Positions 13,201-23,825 of a DNA stretch of 64,000 nt are shown here, piece after piece. The DNA comes from Sminthopsis crassicaudata (lineage: Eukaryota): the NCBI RefSeq assembly GCF_048593235.1, contig NC_133618.1:610470889-610534888 (forward strand). The letters run 5' to 3'. The notes under the pieces are model-generated. The model was not told the DNA's origin. It worked only from the letters and a program-made list of their open reading frames with translations, and searched no databases. A program made the position numbers and the translations under genes. How positions within the stretch are numbered: position 1 is the first letter of the stretch; each line of letters opens with the position of its first letter.

Positions 13201-14262
13201 TCCTCTAAAGGAGTTCTTGAGCGGTGTGGATCCCACATATAAGATATGGACTTTGGCAAATCTAGAATTGATGCTGGAGACCTGGGCGGGGGAGAATTGA
13301 AAAAGGACGCATTCAAAATATCAGTAGCTGTCAGACAGACATCCCGGTAACAGGATAGTCCTAACTAAATTGGGGCTGAAGAGAAGTAGGTTCTACCCGC
13401 AGCTGTCTCCTGCCTAACTAGAAGGGCTACTTGGGCAAGTCCCCTAATCTGTTTCAGTTTTCTCATTAATAACTTGGGAAAGCGTTATCTGCCAATTTCA
13501 AAACACCAATCGTTTGTACAATTAAAGTCTCAGGGAAGCTCTGAGGTTAGAGACGGGCCTCTCAGGGCCGGAGGGGCTGCCGGCCTTTGGGACCCGCCAG
13601 GCGCCTCCGCAGAGTGGGGGTTTCATAGTTTTGCCCCTCAGAACAGAGACGCGGGAACGAACACACTGGGGAATTTTCGGGGTTCGGTTCCGGAAGACAA
13701 AGGTCGGCGGCGGGGGAGGGGAGGGCCTCACCTTGCAGGTGACGATGGTCCCCACATCTGGCAGCATCTGGGATTCGGTCTCTCGCGTCACGGACACCAC
13801 GGGCAGCTGCGGAGGGGACCAAGAAGAGGTTCGCGAACCGCGCACAACTCCCGCCCGGGGGTCCCGCGGGCCACGTGGAGGCCTGGGGGGGGCTCCGGGC
13901 CACGGTTCCACCTGGGAGACCCCGGGCGGGCTTTGGAAGGCGAAGGCCCCCCCGCAGCCGCGGCCTCACCTCGCCGTTGTCGCTCGTCTTCACCACGCAG
14001 CCCGAGAGCGAGGAGAAGATGTAGCCGTGCCGGGTGTAGGTGCCGCTGCCGGGGCTGGCCTCGTCCAGGTGACACAGTCGCTCGCCTGCGGCGGACAAAC
14101 GCGCGGTCCTCCTCCCGAACGGCCTCTCCCCCCGGCCCGGCCGCCCGCCGCCCGCGGCCTCCCCGCCCCGGAGCCTCACTCACCCGGGATGCAGTACCGC
14201 GACGGCGGCGCCGCATCCACCGCTTCCCAACAGCCGTTCTGGGAGGCCGGGCGCCGATCCAT
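10287..14262 (-). CDS. EXOSC1: Exosome complex component CSL4 (EXOSC1); start codon ambiguous (see findings)
   Basis: Exons in transcript order: 14262(or ~14216)-14184, 14085-13970 (116), 13806-13732 (75), 13281-13193 (89), 12221-12188 (34), 10938-10888 (51), 10743-10659 (85), 10393-10287 (107, TAG). All GT-AG. Spliced peptide: ..APPSRYCIPGERLCHLDEASPGSGTYTRHGYIFSSL..PDVGTIVTCKVSSINSRFAKVHIL..KSFRPGDIVLAKVISLG..ELGVVVAHSESGVQMVPISWCEMQCPRTHTKEFRKVARVQPEFLQT*. Confidence 0.96.
12742..12933 (-). mobile_element. Very short L1 3' end in EXOSC1 intron 4
   Basis: L1 3'UTR similarity. 19-bp TSD with 1 mismatch, tgtagtg(c/a)atgtaatcttt, at 12723-12741 and 12934-12952. Confidence 0.8.
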
Positions 14263-15170
14263 TAGCACAGCGAGGGCTGAAGGCCTCACGGACAGAATGG
14301 CCCACAGGCTGGCGCACCACGCGGCTCGTGTGGGTTGCCCCGGGCCTTCCCTCTCCTGCTGGAACTCCAGCTCCCAGGGTGCTCCGGGAGAAGGAAAGGA
14401 GGGGGCGGGGCCGGGCCTTCCGCGCTTGCGCCGTGGGGAACGCCGGGGCGGTAGCGGTCCTGGCGCCGCCGCCGGTTGGGGCTGGGGATGATTGGTCTGA
14501 CTGAGTGGGGCCGGGGTCGGCTTCGGCGGAGGCTGCTGTGAGCCGTGGAGGGTTCGGGGCTCGACTGGGTCGTTGCCCGGCGGACAGGAGGTAAGGGGCC
14601 CTCCGGGGTCGCACTCTCCTTCCCCACCTCCTTCCTTCCTCTCGGGATTTCGGGCCCCCAGCCGTGGGGGGCGTGGAAATACGGGGCGCGAAAGGGGTCA
14701 AGGCGCGTCTCCATCCCCGCGGAACGTCGGGGGCTTCGCCCTTCCGGGGATCTCCCCGTATCCGGGGGCAGGGGCACTGTGAGGTGGAGGGGCTTCTTTT
14801 CGCTCCCCTCCTCCTCCTTCCTAGCTCTGCTCGGACCGGCTTCGTTGCACCTGCTTCCCCCCACCTGGCGGACGGGCTCGGCTACTGCCGAGCTGGGGCA
14901 AGGAACCCCCTGCGACCGAGCTCGCCTAAACGGTCACACTGGCGCGGCGCGGCATCCGGCAAAGTTCGGCCCCGCTCCCGGGGGCGGGGGGGGGCCCGCA
15001 GCCGCGGTGTCCGGCGGAGCATCTGCGGACCTGCGTCCGGGTCACCCAGTCAAGTCCCGTGGCGGCCTCTCGGGGCGGGGGCTCCTCCCTCCCCCCTGCC
15101 CGTTAAGCGGAGGACGGCGAGCTTAGGTCTGAGACTCGATTGTTGGGCGAGCGAGGTCCGAGAATGATCC
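13540..15170. promoter_or_regulatory. CpG island / bidirectional promoter of EXOSC1 and ZDHHC16
   Basis: Very GC- and CpG-rich. Covers EXOSC1 exons 1-3. GC box ggggcggggc at 14402-14411, NRF1-like gcgcttgcgc at 14422-14431, inverted CCAAT at 14491-14495. Confidence 0.9.
14440..14590 (+). other. ZDHHC16: Probable non-coding first exon of ZDHHC16 (start approximate)
   Basis: Strong donor gag|gtaagg at 14590/14591 inside the CpG island. The first coding exon has an acceptor only 6 nt before its ATG (ctgtag|gaggccATG, 17506/17507), so an upstream UTR exon is required. Confidence 0.6.
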
Positions 15171-17512
15171 AAGGGATGACTTCTTGAGTTTACATCTGGG
15201 AGCAGACCCTGGTGTCGTGGAGAGCCTTAGAGAGATACTTTTTAATTATAAATGTATTCTCGAAGGTCCCCGGTGCTTTAGAAAAGTTATTTTAAACAAT
15301 ATCAATGAAATATATGTAATGTGGGTTTTAAAATTTTGACTCAGTTTCAACATTCAGGAGTTTGTTTTTGCATTTGGATACGCCTGCATGTTCTGGACAT
15401 TCATACTTTAAACCAAATGACAATAGCGGCAATTAGTCCATAAGTATCTATTAAACGTTGTATTTTAGGCGCTGTGCTCTGATGGGGATACGGGACAAAA
15501 CCCCCTAAATATCAGGGCACTTTTGAGATTTAACCGGAGTAGATAGAAGGAAGCAGAGAATAGCAATTGTAATAATTCTCTAGAATATTAATGCGGGGCC
15601 CGGGAGGATGGGATTTAACCGTCTTGAAGGAGCTTCACAATTCCAACATGTTTCATACTCCCATATTTGATTTCTGATTGTCCTGGTGTCAGGAAGCTTC
15701 TGATCATTCTCTTTCTCCTCTGCCCCCCCCCCCCCCCCCCCCCCCCGCTCCCCCTCCCCCGCTATTCCTCCTTCATTGTCTTAAACTTTTCTTTGGGCAG
15801 GTACAGGAAGAGAAGATGGAACATTTGAAAGGCTTTTCTTGGGTAGAAGTAAGGGATGCTGATCCAGTTACTGAATTGAAACTGTGCCTAGATGTGCACT
15901 GACCTCCTCCAGTTTCTTATGGGTTTCAGACTTCATACTAAATAAATAAATCAACAGGAGTTGGGAACTAAACAGTAACATCCTACCTCCCATGTGACAA
16001 ATCAGATAATCTTCTCTTTGATAATAGACAAACTTGTTTACAAAGTTGATCTAGATATTCACAGCGGTCTCCAGTTTAAAATATTGGTTTGGCATCCTTC
16101 TCCCTTCCATTGCTGCTTACTGTGTGTGCCACAGCTAGAGAGAAGGAAGACATTTAAAGAATTTGGAGTGCTGGGGAGATAAACTAAACAGCAGCCTCTG
16201 AGGGACAATTACAGTAGAGAAAACATATTCTACAAAGAAACACAGAATAAGATTTTGCTTGGGACTGGTCAATTCTTTTCTGTTCCTCTTAATGCAAGAG
16301 ATATTTAACAACTAGACTTAACATTATTCTTGTATTAAGAGTAAGTATTGTGTAATGGAAAAAATGCTGGACTTAGGTCTGGATTCAAATCCTAACTTAG
16401 ACTTGATTTTTGCTTGGGAATAAGAGGATTCTTGGGTTAATTTCCAACTGGAAAGGACTAGACTTCACAACCAGATATGTTCTCAAGAAGGATCTGTAGC
16501 TCAGTAATGGGACCTAGATCACCTTTAATTAGATGATATCCTCATCTGTAAAATGGGGACAATTATTTAATGTCTACCTCATAGGGATGTTTTGTGGATC
16601 AAAGGAGATGTATTATTACAATCACAAAGCCCTATGTGAGTTGTTACATTACATGATAACTGGGACTGAGGACATTGGAAGGTGCAAAGCTTGGGAATTC
16701 ATTGCTGCCAGCCTGAGCTCTCTGAGCCTGTAATAGCAGTCCTGAAGATGAGAACTAATAGCTCTCTCCAGGGATATAGATGGCATCAAAGATCTAGGAA
16801 CAGGATCCACTCCAGAAAGGTTTCCCATGCTGATGTGGCTAGTTTTAGCCAAAAAGAGTCAGTGGTCCAGGAGGGAGAAGCATTAGAAGCAGGAGGTGAG
16901 CAGGAAGGGGAGAGGAGATCATAGGCAGCTTTCTCAGCAACTCTGCCATTGCTGAAGCCAACAGGTTTTGTCATACTCTCTCCTTGCAGTGGTCGTGTGC
17001 CCGAGTAGGTTTGTTGGTGTGGGCATTGCTGTTCCTATTTGTTTAAGGCTTCTTTTAACGTCTTGGTTCCTATTCTACAGAGAAACACAGAGTAAGATTT
17101 TGTTTGGGGCTGGGCAGTTCTTTTCTGTTCCTCTTTTTGCAAGAGATTTCATTTAATAGCCAGACTTGCTTATCCTTATTGTGTAATGAAAAAAAAGCTG
17201 GACTTAGGTCTGAATTAAAATCCTAATTTAGATGTGATTCTAATCAAACTACTTCCTTTAAGCCTGTTTCTTTCATTGCAAAGAAGGCATGATAATACTT
17301 ATTACAGAAATTCACATTTGTGAAGTTTCCAATTTTAGTACTATGTGTTAAAAAACAGGTTAAGTTTAATTCTTCAAACTTTCACCTAGGATTTCTAGCC
17401 TGTGGTAATTGGAATAGGTAAATCATTAGGGGTAGGCTGAGTGTGAAAAGGTCCTTATTTTCACGGAGTAAGTTTGGATGTTCACCAGGTATTTATTTTG
17501 CTGTAGGAGGCC

Positions 17513-20500
17513 ATGCGAAGCCGCCGGTCCTTATTGCTGGGGCCAGCACGTCTATGCTTTCGTTTGCTTCTCCTCCTGGGCTACAGACGCCGATGCCCAC
17601 CAATACTAAGGAACCTTGTGCTTCGTTGGCGCTATGGAAAAGTCTGTCTGCGTTCTCTACTCTACAACTCCTTTGGGGGCAGTGACACTGCCATTGACTC
17701 TGCTTTTGAGCCTGTGTACTGGCTTGTGGACAATGTGATCCGCTGGTTCGGGGTGGTGAGTGTTGCCTGGTCTCATGGCTTAGGTTAGCATGGCAGATTG
17801 TGGGAGCTCTTGGGTGGAAGGATGGAGAAAGGTGCTTTCTTGGAAAATTTCCCAACAAGCTTTACCAGTCTAGCCTCTCCTTTTCTTCCTCTTGTGCCTG
17901 TATTCCATCTATAGCTGAGTGTTGACCTCCTGTCATTGGCAGGTCTTTGTGGCCCTGGTGATTGTGCTGACGAGCTCAATTGTGGCCATTGCCTACCTGT
18001 GTGTCTTGCCTCTGATCCTCCATACTTATTCAGTGCCCCGAATCTGCTGGCATTTCGTCTACAGCCACTGGAACCTCATCCTCATTGTCTTCCACTACTA
18101 TCAGGCCATCACCACACCTCCTGGATACCCTCCCCAGGTAGGGTGCAACCAGACACCCAGGGGAAATGGTGGGACAAAGAAGCTGGAGTCCTAACAAAGG
18201 AGCAGCAGAACTCTTTAAGAATTCTCTGGTTTCCAAAAGGTCCCCATCAGAAACTAAAATGTTCTGAGGCCTTGCCTGATTCTCTTCCAATATAGGCCAA
18301 GACTGACCTTGCTACTGTATCCATCTGCAAGAAGTGCATTTACCCTAAACCGGCGCGAACGCACCACTGCAGCATCTGCAACAGGTCGGCTTTGGTCATC
18401 TTCCCTATTTCCTTGGCATTGTTTTTGATCTTGTTCACTTGCCCTTTTCTTAGGGTCAGGCAAGTCAGGAACAAGCTCACCTAATCACCCAAAATGTCCA
18501 CCCTTGTTGAGCACAAGTAACGTCTCCATGCCCCATTCCTCCTTCTAGGTGTGTGCTGAAAATGGATCACCACTGCCGTATCCTTTTACCGAGACTCCCT
18601 GAATCTGTCAATGCTTACCAGCGTGTCCCCTCCTGTATCTTCTTTCCCAACTCCCTCCCCAACCACTACCAAAGTATTTTAAAACACTTAGGAAGATGAA
18701 AGGATACTTTTTGGAGAACATGGCCTTTTACTAGGAAAAAACTGGGCCTGGAGATTTTGGAGAAATGTAGCCTCAACTGTTATTTCTGCAAAACTTGATC
18801 TTACAGGAGGAAAAAAGTCTTGGAAGCCAATTATTTCTTTGAGAACAGACATGAACATGGGATTGGCCAGGCCTTGTAGGCAGTTCAGCTGTAGAAATAG
18901 GGATGTAGCTAGAGAAGGGATTAAGGATGCTGTTGTCCTCCTGTGGCGAGCTACAACTGCAGCTCCCTTCCCTTCTTAGCACAGGTACTCGGTAATACTT
19001 CCCATCATTGGTGTTTTGGTGCCAGTTGAATGGCAGCACAGTTGACCCTGCCATCCCCAGCATGGCATAAATGGGCTTATGTGAGTTCTGGGAGACTCAG
19101 AAGCCCATCTCAGCAGGTAGCAAGCGGCTTCAGCAAGTGTTGGCCCCCAGAATTCAGCTGCTACTTGTGCAAGTGTGGCACACACAGGGGTAGCACCCTC
19201 AGCTATGCCCAGCCTGCTCCCTGTATTTATTCCGGGACCCTCTGGAGGTTTCTGGCCAGGCTGATCCTTAAGTCCTAACTCCCAGCTTGGTTGAACAACT
19301 GTGTGGGCCACTACAACCACCGGTATTTCTTCTCCTTCTGCTTCTTCATGACCCTGGGCTGTGTCTACTGCAGCTTTGGCAGCTGGGATATGTTCCGGGA
19401 AGCTTATGCTGCCCTTGAGGTGAGCAGTGGAGTCTGAGGGGATGGAGGAACCTTAGGGTAAAGGTGACAGTAGTAAAGGAGAAGTCTCTCCCTCTGGAGT
19501 GGGGTTGGCAAAGCTCTCCTGCCAAGGCCAGAAAATATAACTGGTACTATTTTCCATCCCCATAGAAAATGAAACAGCTCGACAGGAACAAACTACAGGT
19601 GGCTGCCAATCAGGTGGGCCGTCCCACTCACTGCCTCGTGCTGCTCAGGCCTGGGGTTATAGGTCTAGAGAAGTGGCCTTGGCCTGGCTAGCTATAGGGC
19701 CTCTGGAGGCCCCTGCACTGGCCATGGGACAGGGGGGCTTTAGCCCCTGGAAGCAGTGCCATTCCTAGAAAAATGATATTGGTCTAACACTTGACTGTTT
19801 TCCATTCACTTTCCTAACTATTTGGTCTTCATACTAAAAAAGGCTCTGCTTTGACACTGGCCTGAGCAGCATGGAGTCTTTGTTGGTCTGTGTAATGGGG
19901 TTCCAGGGTCCAGAACAGACTAGGTAATCTGGTCTTTAGCTCGGGTAGTCTCTGACCCATAGGGAAACCTCCCCTTCTTCTGCTCCCCTGAACCAATTCC
20001 TTGGTCTTTGTCCTGAGCAGAGCTCACACCTCGCTCAAGCTCAGACCTAAGAACAGCAAGAATCCTTTCCACTGGGTTTCACACCTTAGCAGCCCTGGTC
20101 ATCCCTTCCCCCATCCTAGCCAGCTCGGTGGGTGTGGGTCCTGATCAGCAGTGGAGGAGGCAGAAAGGGGGAAGGGGTGGCAAGACAGCCCCTGGAGCCC
20201 CATCCCTGTCGTCTGAAGCTCCCCGGCTAAGCCCGGCTCTTCCCTGCGCTTCGCCCTCGCTCAGCCCTGCTCTGGCCAGTGTGTTGTCCCTGTGGTGATG
20301 TTGCCGGGCTCCATCCATCCCTCTGGCTGCTTTTTCCACTCATCTGTAGCTTGACCTTTGTCTCTTCCTGGCCCAGGGCCGGGTCTGTGGGAATCAGGGC
20401 CTCTGCTGGCAGCAGCGACGGGCAAAGGGACAAACACTCAGGGTCTGTTGCCCTTTATTTCAGACGTATCACCAGACCCCACCACCTACTTTCTCCTTCC

Positions 20501-22779
20501 GGGAAAGGATGACTCACAAAAGCCTGGTTTACCTATGGTTCCTATGCAGGTAACTCACGCCACTGTTCCCTGATAGGGGCCCATAAACAGGAATAAACTC
20601 AGCCCTGCTTCTCCTAGAGACCCAGGAGAATCTGGCTCTTCTCTGGCCCCTGAACTCAGTTCTGTAAAGAGAAAAAAGCTGGCTGATACCCACCCCCAGC
20701 CTTTCCAGGGCTCAGAGCAGTGTATCCTCCTGTCCCACTCATTGCAGTCAAATCATAGCCAGCACACTCCTTAGAACCAGAGATGCATCATTGACCTGCG
20801 CCATCCTTGGGAACAGGCTGGCATTGGTTGCATTAGAAGCAGTTTTATGAGCCAGATAAAAACTAGAAGCAAGTCAAGTTCCACCTCCCAGCCAGTACAG
20901 GTGCATTCTGAGGTCTGGGACAAACAGGTCTAGGGGCCTACTTCACACCCTACGTCTAAGAAACCATACTGAGTAAACCATCCTTGTTCCTGAAGCAGTT
21001 AGATATGGTGTAGGCAGTTCTGGCTGTCCAGAATTCCCATATGAAAGCAGACATAGTGAGAACCCATTGAACATCTCTAAAGTCTGCCCATGTTTGAAGA
21101 TTTCTGGCTGTAGAGAGCTTGGTATTTTCAGAGCCCAGCTCACTTCACTTTATATACAGCTGCTCATACTTTTAGGGAGTTTCTCCTTATTTCTATCAAG
21201 CCGAAACCTCCAGCTTTCCTTCAGCTTCTTTCCATTGCTGCTAGTTGTGCACCTGAAGCCAAGAAGACCAAGTCTCCTACCTCTTCTACTGGTAACCTTT
21301 TACTTGGGCAGATGCATATCCAAGACCTCTCTTGTTCAGAAGCAGAAATAATGGCCTAAAACACTAAGATTTCATTTTAAATTCTCAAGAATTTGAGCTG
21401 GATATGGTAGGAAAAAAACCCCCTAGGATAGAAAGCTCTTGTTGGTACTTTGTAAATTCCTTGGGTCTGGGTCTGAGATGGAGTTCAAATCCAGCTGCCC
21501 ACTAATTAGCACTAACCGTCCAGTCAGACCTGAGGCTGTTCTCACAAGAGAATTTGGCGCACACATTGGAATTCAAGATCTCTCCCCATCTGCTTCCTGG
21601 ATAAAGGGATGAACGTTACCTTTTCCTCCTGCAGTAGGAGGCAGTTCATTGATCGGTCTTTTGAGATCTTTTTAAGTTCATTAAAGACTTGAGGGTACTG
21701 GGTATGGGCTGAATTTTATAGGGGTAGATCCCTGTCCTACAGTGGGTCTAGGTTTTACTGTTGAGTGTTCTTTGTGAAACATTACAAGGAACGGACACCA
21801 GGACCTTCTCCATCTCCTCTTAGTTCTGTGGCACTGGCCTTGGGGGCTCTGACAGTATGGCATGCTGTCCTCATCAGCCGTGGGGAGACCAGTATCGAGC
21901 GGCACATCAACAAGAAGGAGAGGCATCGGCTCTCCCTGAAGGGCAAAGTGAGTACGGGGGCAGAGGGTTCTCCAGCAGGAGACACCATCTTCCTAAGGTT
22001 ACCAAGTCTTGGCTGAGACTATGAGTCTAAAAGAGATTGGGGTGGGGTGGGATGGGGGGAGTTTGGGGAAAAGGAGTTTCTGAGCATACCTGTCCTTCCT
22101 TGGCTACAGGTATTTAGGAATCCCTATAATTATGGCTGCTTAGACAACTGGAAGGTATTCCTGGGTGTGAACACAAGAAGGTAAAAGAGGGAAACATTGC
22201 AAATCTCCATCTGGGGGAGGGTGTTTCCATTTATTGAGGTATTGCCTATTAGGTAAGGGCTGGTACCCTCATGGTTAATCACTATAGTGATAAAAAGAAT
22301 ATGCTGAGCCCTACTTTAGCCCCAGAATCTAAGCAGCACCCCCACTGGAGACAGATTTAAAAAAAAAAAAAAAGTCACCATTTCCTGACAAAAGCATCTC
22401 TTATGTCTAATTGCCCCATACACCAAGGATAACTAATATGATCACAGAGACCAGTTCTCTATCTTCCCCACTCCTTCCCTCTTTAGGAATCCTTTTACTT
22501 TTATTCTTGCCTTTGACTTATGGTTGGCTCCTCCCATAGCCTTTGAGGTTATTAATCCATGTTGTTTTGGGATTGGGGAAGTACAGAAGTTCATCCCCAA
22601 GACTTGAAGGCAGCAGCATTGCCAGCAGCCCTTCCCAGGAACTGTTTTTTGTCTTCTCTTTCAGGCACTGGCTCACGCGTGTCCTGCTGCCTTCCAGTCA
22701 TCTGCCTTATGGAAATGGGATGACCTGGGGCCCTCCTCCCTATGTGACAGCAGCCCCAGACTCTGTGCTGGCTGTGTGA
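17513..22779 (+). CDS. ZDHHC16: Palmitoyltransferase ZDHHC16 (DHHC family), 377 aa
   Basis: Exons 17513-17755, 17943-18137, 18296-18384, 18549-18577, 19286-19419, 19566-19613, 20464-20549, 21824-21947, 22110-22180, 22665-22779. Total 1134 bp, all GT-AG. Intact CKKC..[37 protein letters not shown] motif and ETSIE motif. Confidence 0.98.
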
Positions 22780-23184
22780 GCCTCCAAGGCTGGTCCTACC
22801 TATGTGGTCTCAAGGAGTCAGAGATCTCTTTCAATCTAGAACAAGGTCTGGAACCATGAAGCAAAAGAAGTCATTTGGACTGGCTTCCTGCACCTGTACC
22901 ACACAGAATGCTGTACGATCACCCTTGGGCACTGGGAGCAGTGTGACATGGAGAACTCCAAGGCTAATGTTCCTTTCACTCAGGCTAACAAGTTCAGTAT
23001 CCGTGTTGCCAGAATTCTAGATGGGGCCTTTGCCCTAAGGTACAATTGTTAGAGACCCAGTCTGGGTTCCAGCATGGGTATTGTGTACCATCTCTCCTCT
23101 GATGGATGGGAAAAGAGCTGACAGGGTAGAGCCCTGGGCTCTTACTAAGGTCACTGCCACTTTTCACACTCTGCTTACTGCAGA

Positions 23185-23190
23185 AATAAA
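23185..23190 (+). terminator. ZDHHC16 poly(A) signal AATAAA
   Basis: AATAAA about 405 nt after the TGA, followed by a T-rich tract. Confidence 0.7.
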
Positions 23191-23510
23191 GGTATTTCAT
23201 TTTGTAAAGACTGAACTCAATCCAGTTCTCCTTTCCCACACTAGCTCCAGTGTTCCTTGTGTGTGCCTGGGAAGAGGGGAAGTATGGAGGCCCAGAAAGG
23301 GGTGATACTTCCTGCCACCATGGAGCCAGTGCCTGAGGCATCACCTGTCCACAGCACTCTTGGAAAGTTCCTTAGTTCAGCCTTTTCTGAATCATTTCCT
23401 CCTGTTTGCCTCAATTACAGTCCCTAAGAAAAGAGAACTAGCCAAACTTTGTAGCTCCTGGGCTGAAAGCGGGTAGGTTTTCTGCACTGGCCATATAACC
23501 AAAAGATGTC

Positions 23511-23516
23511 TTTATT
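23511..23516 (-). terminator. MMS19 poly(A) signal AATAAA
   Basis: tttatt on the + strand, about 310 nt past the MMS19 stop, converging on the ZDHHC16 3' end. Confidence 0.65.
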
Positions 23517-23825
23517 CTCTAACCGTACACACAACATACATACAAATTCTCTGTAGCCCTTAGGGCCAATCACTCACAATCATTCCTCAGGAGGGTAGCT
23601 CCTTTACCCTTACACAACTTGGCCCTCTTCCCTCTGTAGCCAGCACACTTCCATGGCCCCAGTGTCACTTCACAATATCCATGAGCAATGAGGAATATAG
23701 CATTCCTTGCCCAGCCATGCAGCACAGAACTGAGCCCACAGTGGGGAGGACAGTGGTCTCCCCTCCTTGGACAGGGCCCATTCGGCAGGAAGACTCCTCG
23801 ATAGGTCAGGCACAAGGCTGAGGCC

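Noticed and set aside
13474-15167. Many long ORFs (up to 286 aa) on both strands
   Set aside because: Shadow ORFs of a GC-rich CpG island: low-complexity R/G/P/A composition. The only recognisable parts are EXOSC1 exons.
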